This document shows, in pieces, positions 26,743-36,943 of a DNA stretch of 64,000 nucleotides. This DNA is from Oligoflexales bacterium. Its GTDB lineage: Bacteria; Bdellovibrionota_B; Oligoflexia; Oligoflexales; RGVZ01. Position 1 is the stretch's first letter, and each line of letters opens with the position of its first letter. The DNA is taken from the NCBI GenBank assembly GCA_044375465.1, contig JBILMN010000003.1, positions 7,587 to 71,586 on the forward strand, read 5' to 3'. Made by a program: the position numbers and the translations under genes. The notes below the pieces were generated by a model, which saw only the letters and a list, made by a program, of their open reading frames with translations, did no database searches and was not told the origin of the DNA.

Positions 26743-27433
26743 AAACATTGTGATAGCTTGCGAGGATGGTCCACATCGCAGGTCACTGATCAGTAAGCTT
26801 GTCAGTGCTGGCTACCGCGTCAGCGCTCACGCCAGGGAGTACCTGATGCAGCCACCTGTCGCTGGGCAGTCGCCGTATGTATTGCTAGTTGTGTTAAACC
26901 CCACAGATTCATGTTTGACGCTGAAAAAAATCTTCGATGAGTCGGCAGATCGGGATGTCCCTGTCGTATTTACGGGTGATAAAACAACCAACAAAGAGCT
27001 GCGAGCAGAAATCGCTGCTCACAATCATATATTTATCCCCATAGAATCCACGGCCAGAGAACTCTCCCTTGTGCTCGGTACTGCATCGCTCATGATCCAG
27101 GACAATAGCCGAGCGCGGTCATTGCGCAAGATACGCTGGGCGATTTCTGCGTTTGGCAGAATCACTAAGACGGAGAATGAGCCCCAAAAAGCCCTCAAAG
27201 GTATATTGGGTGCCTTATCCACAGTAACTCAGAGTCGCTGTGACATCGTGTCTACGCCACATAACATTCCGTCTGGGCTTCAGCACACCGATAAGAACGA
27301 TGGCTATATGTATGCCTTGGATCGGCAAGGCCTTTGGCAGCTCAGCGGTCGGCCGAAGCAAAACCAGAAATTTGATGATGGCGATATTCAAATCTTTATG
27401 ATGGCAGGAGCAATATGTTCAAGACTCATCTAG
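26732..27433 (+). CDS. Receiver-like (degenerate) protein with uncharacterised C-terminal domain
   Basis: Overlaps the upstream stop by 11 nt. [30 protein letters not shown]...YVLLVVLNP...VPVVFTGD follows a receiver-like beta-alpha pattern but lacks the DD pocket. C-terminal domain not recognised. Confidence 0.5.
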   Translation: MPTKNIVIACEDGPHRRSLISKLVSAGYRVSAHAREYLMQPPVAGQSPYVLLVVLNPTDSCLTLKKIFDESADRDVPVVFTGDKTTNKELRAEIAAHNHIFIPIESTARELSLVLGTASLMIQDNSRARSLRKIRWAISAFGRITKTENEPQKALKGILGALSTVTQSRCDIVSTPHNIPSGLQHTDKNDGYMYALDRQGLWQLSGRPKQNQKFDDGDIQIFMMAGAICSRLI

Positions 27434-29958
27434 TGGATACACTGAGACTCAAAAACATCCCGTCAAATTTGACGGGTCGGTATGTTGTGACCATATTGAT
27501 CGCGTATGCGTTAAATATTCTCGTATATTCTCACGTTGGACCGACCGCCTTGGCATCAAGCGTCATGTGGATCCCGACAGGGATTGCATTTGGGGGTAGT
27601 GTCCTCTTTGGATGGGTGGGCGCATTAGTGACAGTCGTGCCCGGCGCTATGTTCCTGGTTTGGCATGGCATCACAATTTCGGCAGCGGTATTGCTGGCGC
27701 TTAATACCGCGATCGCGTGTGCCATAGGCAGTACATTTTGTACCAAGCCAAAAGATCTTGATGCGTATTTTTCAAAAATTTCCGATGTCTTATGGTATGC
27801 CCTTGGTGGGGTGATCGTCGCTTCAAGTATCAATGCCGTCATGAATAGCCTGCTGCTGTGGACTCATGGAATCGTCAGCAGAAGCGAGATTTTGACGGTT
27901 GCTCAAAGGTCGTGGAACTCCTCGGCAGTGGGGGTTCTCATTGCTGGATCCTGGCTCATAGCCTGGGGGTCGATCTTTAAATTTAATTCTACCCTCAAAT
28001 GTCGCAACGCTTGGGAATTTATTGGCTGTTCTGTACTTACAGTGGTCATCAGTGTGCTCGTTTTCCAATTGACGCAAGAAATCCCAGCAGCGATTAGCAA
28101 CATATTTTACAAGCGTTATTATTTGCTCTTCCCGTTTCTGGCTTGGGCAAGCGTGCGTTTTGAGTTGCGGGGCGCAACACTTATCTCACTGATTGTCGGT
28201 ATGACAGTCACCATTCTACACGCCGCTACAGGGCAAATTGCGGGCATCGAGGTCGGTCTCGAAAGCCTGCCTTTGGTGCAGATTTATCTAGGTGTTTTCA
28301 CTCTGACGGGCATGGTGATAGCGAGCTCTATTGCGTTTGTGCGGAGACGAGAAATGACTTTTCGCTCCATGTTTGATAACTCTGGAGCTCCCATGGCTCA
28401 GGTGAACATGGACCGTAAATTTGTGGTCGTTAACGATAAGTTTTGCGATTTGGTTGGGTATTCTCGTGAGGAATTGCTCAATATGACGTTTGTTGACCTT
28501 ACGGTTGACGGTCAGGATCAACACCACTCACAATTTGAGCGATTACGGTCCAACACTGCAAAAAACCTTAATGTTGAAAAGAAATATCGTCGTAAAAATG
28601 GCGAAATTATTTCTGTTTCGGTGAATGCAGTCTTGATTCATGATCACGTGCAAAATGAGAATTTTTCGGTCGCAGTGATCAAAGACATCACCGCTCTAAA
28701 GAAGGCTGAAGCAATCGCCTTGCAGGCGATGGAGGAGGCTGAGAGCGCCAATCGCGCAAAGTCCTCGTTTCTCGCGAATATGAGCCACGAAATCAGAACG
28801 CCGATGGGCGTAATTTTGGGCTTCTCCGAGCTTCTCCTGCGCGACAAAGACCTTTCTGCCACGGCGCACCAGTATATCAACACCATCCATCGCAATGCGG
28901 CTGCTTTGGGAACACTGATTAACGAGGTGTTGGATCTTTCGAAAGTCGAGGCCGGGCGTCTGGATATCGCTCGCGAGACGGTCTTGGTTCAGCAGCTCAT
29001 TGATGACATCAAGTCTAGCTTCTTTCCGATGGTCTCGCGAAAAAACGTCACATTTACGACGACATTATCACCCACGATGCCCAAGGTCATATACTCCGAC
29101 CGCCTCAGACTGCGTCAGGTTTTGATGAATGTCATCAGCAACGCCGTGAAGTTCACCAAAACTGGATCCATTCATGTGGATGTGGCAAATCAAGATCTCG
29201 ACAATAGGTCTGCCCTATTGTCCATTACGGTCACCGATACAGGGATAGGCATGACCCCATTGCAGGCCTCGAAACTTTTCCAGCCCTTTGGCCAGGTACA
29301 TTTAGACCTTTCCCATGAATACGGTGGAACAGGCCTCGGATTGGTGCTTTCTCGTAAAATTGCTCAGCTTATGGGTGGCGATGTGGTTCTGAAATCAAGT
29401 GAGCCAAACCAAGGAAGCACTTTTATCATTAAAATCCGGGTTGAACTTCTCTCGGAAGAAGCACAGTTGGTATTGACAGCACTGGCTCCGGACAAAATAA
29501 AATCCGTACTCCCAGCTGTAGGCGCTTTGGGAGGACGCCGGGTGCTACTGGCCGAAGACACACCAGACCAGGCGATGCTGGTTCAAATTTTATTATCAGC
29601 CCAGGGAGCGACAGTTGATATTGTTGAGAACGGGGCCGATGCCGTGGATAAAGCGAGTACGAATGACTACGATGTGATTTTAATGGATATGCAAATGCCA
29701 GTCATGACGGGAGCCGACGCGACCGCAATTCTACGTGAGCGAGGTTACCGATTACCCATCATCGCTCTCACGGCACAGGCCATGCGCAGCGACGCCGAGC
29801 GCAGCGCCGCGGTGGGTTGTAATGAACACCTATCAAAACCAGTGTCAAAGGACGAGTTAATTGCCGCCATCAAGAGAGTCACTGACCAGAGTGCGCAGTT
29901 TTTGGGGCCTCCATCATCGAAAATGATACCCGATTCGATTCCGATCAATGGCACATGA
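27415..29958 (+). CDS. Hybrid sensor histidine kinase (multi-TM MASE1-like sensor, PAS, HisKA, HATPase, receiver)
   Basis: About 8 N-terminal TM segments. PAS-like [41 protein letters not shown]-box [16 protein letters not shown] boxes NAVKFT, DTGIGM, GGTGLGL. Receiver [11 protein letters not shown]...[14 protein letters not shown]...LTAQA...LSKP. Confidence 0.9.
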   Translation: MFKTHLVDTLRLKNIPSNLTGRYVVTILIAYALNILVYSHVGPTALASSVMWIPTGIAFGGSVLFGWVGALVTVVPGAMFLVWHGITISAAVLLALNTAIACAIGSTFCTKPKDLDAYFSKISDVLWYALGGVIVASSINAVMNSLLLWTHGIVSRSEILTVAQRSWNSSAVGVLIAGSWLIAWGSIFKFNSTLKCRNAWEFIGCSVLTVVISVLVFQLTQEIPAAISNIFYKRYYLLFPFLAWASVRFELRGATLISLIVGMTVTILHAATGQIAGIEVGLESLPLVQIYLGVFTLTGMVIASSIAFVRRREMTFRSMFDNSGAPMAQVNMDRKFVVVNDKFCDLVGYSREELLNMTFVDLTVDGQDQHHSQFERLRSNTAKNLNVEKKYRRKNGEIISVSVNAVLIHDHVQNENFSVAVIKDITALKKAEAIALQAMEEAESANRAKSSFLANMSHEIRTPMGVILGFSELLLRDKDLSATAHQYINTIHRNAAALGTLINEVLDLSKVEAGRLDIARETVLVQQLIDDIKSSFFPMVSRKNVTFTTTLSPTMPKVIYSDRLRLRQVLMNVISNAVKFTKTGSIHVDVANQDLDNRSALLSITVTDTGIGMTPLQASKLFQPFGQVHLDLSHEYGGTGLGLVLSRKIAQLMGGDVVLKSSEPNQGSTFIIKIRVELLSEEAQLVLTALAPDKIKSVLPAVGALGGRRVLLAEDTPDQAMLVQILLSAQGATVDIVENGADAVDKASTNDYDVILMDMQMPVMTGADATAILRERGYRLPIIALTAQAMRSDAERSAAVGCNEHLSKPVSKDELIAAIKRVTDQSAQFLGPPSSKMIPDSIPINGT

Positions 29959-29999
29959 TTTGCATCTGAAATATGTGTGACGCAGATGGGAGGGGTTCT

Positions 30000-30476
30000 A
30001 TGAATCTATCGGAAGCACTGCTACAGAGTATTTGTGAATTTGAACGAACTTCAAACCAATTCATCGACGCCAATGACGCGGAGAGGGGTTTATGGCTCAG
30101 AGAACTAATGATACAAGATGACGGATACAAGGCTGCCATACAAAGCTCTCTAGATAGCATCTGCTGTGATCATGAAGATATGGATTGTTATTCCATCTGG
30201 GCTCTATGCAGAAGCTTTGAGCATGAACGGCAGCTGGTCATAGCCTCAGCCCAGGCTTTGGTTGGGCACGTTGCAGTATCGCTATCGGAAAATGATGAGT
30301 CACAGGCGACGCTAACGGGTATCAGGTCCGCGATAGCGTTACACCTTAAGCGTTTTGGGATCAAAGGTCGGTATCTTGTAAACTTTTTGCAGGCAATTCA
30401 GATCCACAAAACGAGTTCTCCATCCACTCAGCATTTTGATGGTGAAGATTTTGTCGCGGAACAGCCTTGGTCCTGA
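30000..30476 (+). CDS. Hypothetical protein (last gene of the kinase operon)
   Basis: ATG 30000 preceded by GGGAGGGG. 158 aa, Cys-containing, no family recognised. Confidence 0.4.
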   Translation: MNLSEALLQSICEFERTSNQFIDANDAERGLWLRELMIQDDGYKAAIQSSLDSICCDHEDMDCYSIWALCRSFEHERQLVIASAQALVGHVAVSLSENDESQATLTGIRSAIALHLKRFGIKGRYLVNFLQAIQIHKTSSPSTQHFDGEDFVAEQPWS

Positions 30477-30508
30477 TTTGCGATCGATAGTAGACCATGA
30501 CAAGACCT

Positions 30509-31942
30509 TTAAGCGGCAGCCATCTTTGCCAACCATCCGTGAAGATCAAAGAGTGGCGGGGTTCTGATCGACTCGATCCCGATTGAGATCACGAAGGGAA
30601 ACTCATCCGTCTCAAACGTCAGGGTCAAAAATCGCCCCTGCCCTTTCAGCATGTAGTCCACCGCTTTTTCACGCGAAAAATCCGCATGAAAAACTGGTCT
30701 AAACGGATATCCGCACCCCTCGGCTCTAGCGCGAAATTGAGCGATCATCTGGTTCAAAAGCTCACCGCAGCTATCAACCACCATATCCAAGGAAATTTCC
30801 TCAGGTGGCATATAAAGAAGCTTGGACGCCATGATCCTCGCATGCTCCGCCTTCAAACTCACTGTAAATGTGTAGTTTGCCCCGGGACCGACACCGTGCG
30901 CTACGCTTACAAGCTCTGACTTGTAATTTTCGAGCTGATAAATCTTGTCGCCCAAATGACGACACTCAAGGCTTAAGTTGGCGCTAATCGTCTCGCGCAC
31001 CGAGGTAATGACACTGTTGACCAGGCGAACATCGAGGTATTTTTTATCCTTGCTGTTGCCACGACTAAGCTCTGCATGTCGTAAAAAATCTGAATAAATA
31101 TCGTAGCAAAATGTCACGTTAAATGGTTGTTCTTGACACACAAATGGCATATCGAAATATTTTCCATTTGAACGCGAGAGGTACGAGTGCTTTTCGCCGG
31201 TTGAAACAAAGAAAACCGTTGGACTCAGCTCATAGCCAAATTCCCCCAATTCCTGTCTTACAGCGCCAGTCAGTTGATTCAGGACCTCAAGCAGTAGATC
31301 ATTTTTAATATCCGAAGAAATCTCTTCGGCTGGCAGCGCGAAAACCGCAGACGCCATCATCTGCACAAAAGCATCACTTGTGGACGCGATCAATGCACCT
31401 TGCAGTCCGTCACCGTAAAATGAGCATATGGCTGTAACGTCATTGATTTCGACTTGACTTCGAGCCGCCTTAACAGGCTGAGGCGTTAGTGTCAGACCAC
31501 TCGCAATATTAACGACGTTCATGATGCCGCGCAGAATGCTTGCTAACACACGTGGATCAATTTTCCGATCCTTGTTAACGATAACTGACCTCAGGTAGTC
31601 GAACACAAACCCTTTTGAAAGGCCGTGTGGCGCTAATTTTAGATTTTTACGGTCGACAAAGCTCTTCAGGATCTCGACGTTTTTTTCAGTGGTGACGATC
31701 ATTGGTTTTTGCTCAAGATCAGCATAACCTTTGGTTAGCAGGTTGATATCTTCTTGACTCAAATCCTCATCGATAAAAACGACCTGGTGCAGCCTCATCT
31801 CCATAAGTCCAATTGCTTGAGAGACCGAAGACGCATCATCAAAAATTACTTGTTCGCTGAATATCTTGAGAAATTTGGCAACGGCCTCTTTCACCTCAGT
31901 GCGGGAAACTTCTGATCCCTTTACCAGCATGATTGCACCCAT
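30509..31942 (-). CDS. Receiver-like domain fused to two CheX/CheC-like phosphatase-type domains
   Basis: N-terminus VVFIDEDLSQEDINLL (degenerate receiver). Domain 1: VTAICSFYGDGLQGALIASTSDAFVQMMASAVF...DLLLEVLNQLTGAV...LSPTVFFVSTG. Domain 2: YTFTVSLKAEHARIMASKLL...DSCGELLNQMIAQF. Both follow the CheX pattern. Confidence 0.6.
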   Translation of the reverse strand: MGAIMLVKGSEVSRTEVKEAVAKFLKIFSEQVIFDDASSVSQAIGLMEMRLHQVVFIDEDLSQEDINLLTKGYADLEQKPMIVTTEKNVEILKSFVDRKNLKLAPHGLSKGFVFDYLRSVIVNKDRKIDPRVLASILRGIMNVVNIASGLTLTPQPVKAARSQVEINDVTAICSFYGDGLQGALIASTSDAFVQMMASAVFALPAEEISSDIKNDLLLEVLNQLTGAVRQELGEFGYELSPTVFFVSTGEKHSYLSRSNGKYFDMPFVCQEQPFNVTFCYDIYSDFLRHAELSRGNSKDKKYLDVRLVNSVITSVRETISANLSLECRHLGDKIYQLENYKSELVSVAHGVGPGANYTFTVSLKAEHARIMASKLLYMPPEEISLDMVVDSCGELLNQMIAQFRARAEGCGYPFRPVFHADFSREKAVDYMLKGQGRFLTLTFETDEFPFVISIGIESIRTPPLFDLHGWLAKMAAA

Positions 31943-32031
31943 AGACCGCCTCTCCTCATTTTCTCACGAATGCCCACCGTCTTCTAACTTTGCCCAATGT
32001 ACTCTTCGTTTTCAGCACAACAGAAATACAA

Positions 32032-33183
32032 TCAAGCACCAAGCTTGTGCGGCGGAGAACCGTCGCGCAGGCTTTTTAGCTGCTGAGTGACCCGCGTAAA
32101 ACTCTTCGGTGCCATGCGTTCACACATTTCGAAATATTTTATAGATTGATCAAGATTTCCGGCCTTCTTCATACAAAGACCCAAATTAAAGTAGAGCTTG
32201 TATAGGTTGAGGTCTTTGCCCAGTAAATGCACCGTATTCAGATATAGTTTCTCTGCATTCTTGAATTGTTTATTGGCCGTCAGCGCAATCCCTCGAAGGT
32301 TGCAAAAACGCCCCAGATCAAAATGAGCCAAGGGGCCCGTCATGATCTGCTTCGAGGCACGAAGGTCGCCTTCAAGAATACTCACTGCGAGTAGGCCTTT
32401 AAGGGCCCCTTCAGCCTCTGGCTCCAATGAATTTGCTTTTTTATAGGTCGCTTTCGCATCTGGTATCTTACCGTTTTCAAAATACACATCCCCCAACTGA
32501 ACCATATAAAGCACACTCGTTTCAGCCTGAGGAAGAAACTTAACAAGGTACTTTTCTGCCAGGTGACTTTGCCCAAGTTTTTGGTGGGCTGCAGCCACCA
32601 AAGACGCTGCTGGCATTGACGTTGGGCGGGCGCTGAGAGCTTTTTTGCCGTGCTGAAGCGCGGGATGGATGCGTTCGGACATGAACAGTGTCCTGGCAAT
32701 AATCATGTGAGGCACATACGGTTGATATTCAGTTGCTAGCATGCGCTTTGCCGCATTGAGCGCATCCATGTAGCGATGCGCCATGTAGGACTCTTCAGCC
32801 GATTCCGCATCAATAAAAAATCGCCTATGACCCTCAACCTCGCCGAGAATGGCCGCCAGACCCGTAATCAGATCTTCGGCTGTCGACTTTGACGATATGA
32901 AGAATAGATTCGGCATTTCACGCAGGATACTGCTTATTGGTCCCGGTTCAGGTTCCGGCGCAAATAGTAAAATGGGCCTTTCCCGTCCATCGCGAATTTT
33001 TTCGATATATCGCATGGTTTGAGCGTCTGTGATGCCGGCTTCCACAACCTTAATCAGCACCTTGCCGATTGGCCGCGGTTGTTTCATGTCCGCAACCTCT
33101 GCTGGCCACGTGAAATATTCTGCAAACGCCTTGATAGCAAGCGCCAGTGGAGAGCTTAATTTTGCGAATGCAAAAACCGCCAT
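32032..33183 (-). CDS. TPR-repeat protein
   Basis: Repeated TPR-like units, e.g. YMVQLGDVYFENGKIPDAKATYKKANSLEPEAEGALKGL and LYFNLGLCMKKAGNLDQSIKYFEMCERMAP. Start uncertain. Confidence 0.65.
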   Translation of the reverse strand: MAVFAFAKLSSPLALAIKAFAEYFTWPAEVADMKQPRPIGKVLIKVVEAGITDAQTMRYIEKIRDGRERPILLFAPEPEPGPISSILREMPNLFFISSKSTAEDLITGLAAILGEVEGHRRFFIDAESAEESYMAHRYMDALNAAKRMLATEYQPYVPHMIIARTLFMSERIHPALQHGKKALSARPTSMPAASLVAAAHQKLGQSHLAEKYLVKFLPQAETSVLYMVQLGDVYFENGKIPDAKATYKKANSLEPEAEGALKGLLAVSILEGDLRASKQIMTGPLAHFDLGRFCNLRGIALTANKQFKNAEKLYLNTVHLLGKDLNLYKLYFNLGLCMKKAGNLDQSIKYFEMCERMAPKSFTRVTQQLKSLRDGSPPHKLGA

Positions 33184-33486
33184 TCGTCAAACACCTATAT
33201 GGGAAACCGCAAAGAAACTCCAAGGAGTATCGGCACTTGGTCTGGAAGCTTGATATGCCGCGGCTCCGGACCGGATCGAGTGAAGCGGAAGGATACATCA
33301 ATACAGCGTCCAAAATCCCAGTATTTCTTTTGTGATTACAGTTGTTTGTAGTTTTTGAAAACACCCAGAAAACACCGCATCGGATCAGCAGCTAAGATGC
33401 TCAAAACACCGGTATCCATCCGCTTTTTATGGCTTTTACCGCAATCCATCTGGTATGGTCTTCGACTCGTTACAAATAAAGGATCT

Positions 33487-35019
33487 ATGACTATGCGCGA
33501 TAAATTCATCAAACAATGGACCGAGACTTACTCAGAGCAAATTGATGCCCGCGTGGACAAGCGCGCCAAAATGCTTGAAGCCGCCATGAACCCCTATAAG
33601 ACAGGTCTATGCGCAAACACCAAGAGCATCGAACTGCGCCAGCGCCATGACACCCATTCAAAGGAAGACCTCGCAGGCATGACTACCGATTATGCGATTG
33701 CCGGTCGGGCCATGCTAGTGCGTGACTTCGGCAAGGCGGCATTTATTGACTGTGACGACGGCGTAGGGCGAATGCAGATTTACATCTCCAAGAACGATTT
33801 GAGTGAATCTGATTTTCAAGAATACAAATTGGCCGACTACGGAGACTTCGTCTGGGCCCGCGGTCAGATATTCCGGACTGGCAAAGGTGAACTCGCAATT
33901 CACGCCAAGGAATTCAAGTTAGTCACAAAGTCCATCCGACCTCTGCCGGAAAAATTCCATGGCCTGACGGACCCAGAACTATGCTACCGCATGCGCTACG
34001 TTGATATGACGATGAATTCCGACAGCCGCGAAACACTCAAAACCCGCAGCAAGATTGTTCGCTACATTCGTGATTTCTTTTATGACCGTGACTATCTTGA
34101 GGTTGAGACACCGATGATGCACTCGGTGGCAGGTGGCGCCACAGCGAAGCCATTTCTGACGCATCACAACGCCCTTGATATGGAGCTTTTTATGAGGATT
34201 GCTCCGGAACTCCATTTAAAGAGATTACTGGTCGGCGGATTCAATAAGGTTTTTGAGATGAATCGTTGTTTTCGCAATGAAGGACTTTCGATCAAGCATA
34301 ACCCGGAATTTACCTCGATCGAATTTTATGAAGCCTGGGCCACATACGAAGATCACATGCGCCTGACTGAAGATCTGCTCAATGGACTTGTCCGCCATCT
34401 TTACAACAAAGAAACCGTCACCTTTGGCGAGCGTGAAATCAGTTTTGCAAAGCCATTTGCGCGACTCACCATGAGACAAGCCGTTATGAATGCCACCGGG
34501 CTTTCAGAGTCAGACACGCGTCATCCATCACCCATGGTGCAGCGTCTAAAAGCTAAAGGCCACGACGAAAAGACACTCAGCAAACTGTCTGCAGATCGAT
34601 TGATGGTGTTATGCTTCGAGGAATTTGCCGAAGGTGGATTGATTCAGCCAACATTCATCACCGAATTTCCGACCGAGGTCTCGCCATTGGCCCGACGTAA
34701 TGACAAAAATCCTGATGTCGTCGATCGGTTTGAGCTCATGATTAACGGCTGGGAGATTGCCAACGCATTTAACGAGCTGAATAACCCCACGGATCAATTA
34801 GAACGATTCGCTGAGCAGGCGGAGGCCAAGGCTGGAGGTGACGAAGAAGCTTGCGACGTTGACTACGATTATGTGCGGGCACTCGAATACGGCATGCCCC
34901 CAGCGGCTGGCCAAGGCATTGGTATCGACAGACTATGTATGCTGCTCACCAATAGCCCAAGCATTCGCGACGTCATCTTGTTTCCTCAGCTTAAGAAGGA
35001 AGTCTTCTTTGGGGAGTGA
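33487..35019 (+). CDS. lysS: Lysine--tRNA ligase (class II)
   Basis: Start refined to ATG 33487 (AAAGGA upstream). YLEVETPMMHSVAGGATAKPFLTHHNALDMELFMRIAPELHLKRLLVGGFNKVFEMNRCFRNEGLSIKHNPEFTSIEFYEAWATYED and C-terminal GMPPAAGQGIGIDRLCMLL. Confidence 0.95.
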   Translation: MTMRDKFIKQWTETYSEQIDARVDKRAKMLEAAMNPYKTGLCANTKSIELRQRHDTHSKEDLAGMTTDYAIAGRAMLVRDFGKAAFIDCDDGVGRMQIYISKNDLSESDFQEYKLADYGDFVWARGQIFRTGKGELAIHAKEFKLVTKSIRPLPEKFHGLTDPELCYRMRYVDMTMNSDSRETLKTRSKIVRYIRDFFYDRDYLEVETPMMHSVAGGATAKPFLTHHNALDMELFMRIAPELHLKRLLVGGFNKVFEMNRCFRNEGLSIKHNPEFTSIEFYEAWATYEDHMRLTEDLLNGLVRHLYNKETVTFGEREISFAKPFARLTMRQAVMNATGLSESDTRHPSPMVQRLKAKGHDEKTLSKLSADRLMVLCFEEFAEGGLIQPTFITEFPTEVSPLARRNDKNPDVVDRFELMINGWEIANAFNELNNPTDQLERFAEQAEAKAGGDEEACDVDYDYVRALEYGMPPAAGQGIGIDRLCMLLTNSPSIRDVILFPQLKKEVFFGE

Positions 35020-35467
35020 TATCAGGATTCGGAACGCATCCCGGGCAGATATCGAAAGCATCGTCCTATGGCAGGTCGCCATGGCGAAGGAAACCGAGGA
35101 TTTTGCTCTCGATCCGCAGACCGTCACCCGGGGCGTCACTCACGTGTTTGAGCACCCAGGCACAGGATTTTATTTGATCGCGGAAATGGATCGAATTCCG
35201 TGTGGGTGCATGCTTGTTTTGTCCGAGTGGAGTGACTGGCGGGCTGGAACCATCTTATGGTTGCATAGTGTCTATATCGAACCCCTAAAGCGCAGACGAG
35301 GGATATTTGCCTCCATGCACGCTCACGTCAAAAATTTGGTGACCACCGACCCGAACCTCCGCGGTCTCAGACTGTACGTAGATCGATCCAATCACAACGC
35401 CGCATCAGTCTACCGCAAGCTTGGGATGTCTTCCGATCATTACGAGCTCTTTGAATGGGTCAAATAA
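35009..35467 (+). CDS. GNAT-family N-acetyltransferase
   Basis: Probable TTG start at 35009 (AAGAAGGAAG upstream), overlapping the lysS end by 11 nt. IRIRNASRADIESIV (beta1), VYIEPLKRRRGIFASM (acetyl-CoA loop), SVYRKLGM. Confidence 0.7.
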   Translation: MGSDIRIRNASRADIESIVLWQVAMAKETEDFALDPQTVTRGVTHVFEHPGTGFYLIAEMDRIPCGCMLVLSEWSDWRAGTILWLHSVYIEPLKRRRGIFASMHAHVKNLVTTDPNLRGLRLYVDRSNHNAASVYRKLGMSSDHYELFEWVK

Positions 35468-35705
35468 ATTGAAATAAATTGAAATAAATAGATCCTACTC
35501 GCAAAGTGCGCTGCCTGGCGTTAAGCTGACGCGACAAAGCAGACATTAAAATAGCCAAAAAACCTTCAAAAATAACTGAATAACTATATGTATTTATTGG
35601 TTTAAATTTAATTTTTTATGTTTTTCCCTATAGTTTTCACCACCCTTGCCGAACTCCTTTTGAGGGAAGCCCCCAGCCGGGAACCTTCCGAGGGCAGAGG
35701 TCAAG

Positions 35706-36884
35706 ATGGTGTCGCTTTTGTGGAGCAAAAAATGTTCGGTTGCGGCCTGCGTCGGTCTCTGGGCGGCTGCGGCTCAGGTTGGATTTTCCCAGAGCGCAGC
35801 AACGCAAACGGTACTTGACGCGACCCCTTGGACCAGCACCAGAGCTAACGGCATGGGTGGAGCATTAAGCACTATCGCAGATGATCTCGACGCGCTTTAT
35901 TACAATCCCGCCATGATCGGAGGCCTCGGGTTTAGCGGTCAAGCTGGAAAAAAATCGACTTGGAGCGGACTTTATTTTCCTTACGCGGGCGTGTCGATCA
36001 ACGAAAACGGCAGCAAAACGCGCAATGAATTTAATGCGCAGGGCGCACAAAACGACGCAGCCGCTGGCGCAGCCATTCTCGATGCCCATGCGGGACAACG
36101 GCAATACGCTCGCGCTACATTTATTCCCATAGGATTATTGCTCGGGCGCGCAGCAGTGGTGCCCATGATTGATCATCAAATTGCCGCTGTTCCGAGCAGT
36201 GAAACCCCGGGTCAGGTCCTGATGCGCTACCGCACGGTCACAGGAGCGGTTTTGGGTGCCAGCATTGCTGATCAACAAAATCGCTTTGCGCTTGGTCTCT
36301 CCCAAACAATGGGGACCATTGAGGAGACGTACGGAAGCTTTCAATATTTGGATATCGCCGACGCAAATGACCGCAAAAATGTGATGAGCAAAAATCGCAA
36401 AACCTATGCCGCCAAAACCATGAGTGCTGGATTGACCATGCGAATCCCTAAAGCCATGGTGCCAACCCTATCGATTGTGGCCCGAGACATTGGCAATACC
36501 AAGAACAGCGCCAGTGATGCCACCCAAGAACCGTTGGTCTATGATGAAGACTTGACCACCGGAGTTTCTATTTCGCCATTGCTTGGTCGACATGCACGGC
36601 TGAATCTGATTTTGGAAACGGGATACTTGACCCAAAAACATCTGGCCGCAAAAAAGAAGGGACGTGCTGGTGCTGAGATCTTGTTATTTGGAACTGACGC
36701 AGATGCTATTCTTGGTCTGAGGTTTGGGGCGAACGAGGCGGGAGCAAGCTACGGAGCCCATCTCAACTTGGGGCTTATCGGCGCATCATTTGAAAGTCAC
36801 GCCGTTGACATTGGCGCGAACAATGAGCGCGTCATTGAGCGCCGCCAAAGCTATTCTGCCTACATTAATGTCGCTAGCTTCTAA
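35706..36884 (+). CDS. Putative outer-membrane beta-barrel protein
   Basis: AGAGG SD. Signal peptide ...VGLWAAAAQVGFSQSA. N-terminal STRANGMGGALSTIADDLDALYYNPAMIG motif, which I recall from FadL/PorV-like barrels. C-terminal ...YINVASF ends in an aromatic residue. Confidence 0.6.
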   Translation: MVSLLWSKKCSVAACVGLWAAAAQVGFSQSAATQTVLDATPWTSTRANGMGGALSTIADDLDALYYNPAMIGGLGFSGQAGKKSTWSGLYFPYAGVSINENGSKTRNEFNAQGAQNDAAAGAAILDAHAGQRQYARATFIPIGLLLGRAAVVPMIDHQIAAVPSSETPGQVLMRYRTVTGAVLGASIADQQNRFALGLSQTMGTIEETYGSFQYLDIADANDRKNVMSKNRKTYAAKTMSAGLTMRIPKAMVPTLSIVARDIGNTKNSASDATQEPLVYDEDLTTGVSISPLLGRHARLNLILETGYLTQKHLAAKKKGRAGAEILLFGTDADAILGLRFGANEAGASYGAHLNLGLIGASFESHAVDIGANNERVIERRQSYSAYINVASF

Positions 36885-36943
36885 CGGCCTTACTGGACTG
36901 AGATTTACTTGTAATCTTAGGCTGCAAAAGGTACCACTAAAGC

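Noticed and set aside
34838-35008. N-terminal 57 codons of the 209-aa track ORF
   Set aside because: This part overlaps the conserved C-terminus of lysS in another frame. The GNAT domain starts only after the lysS stop, so the start was moved to TTG 35009.
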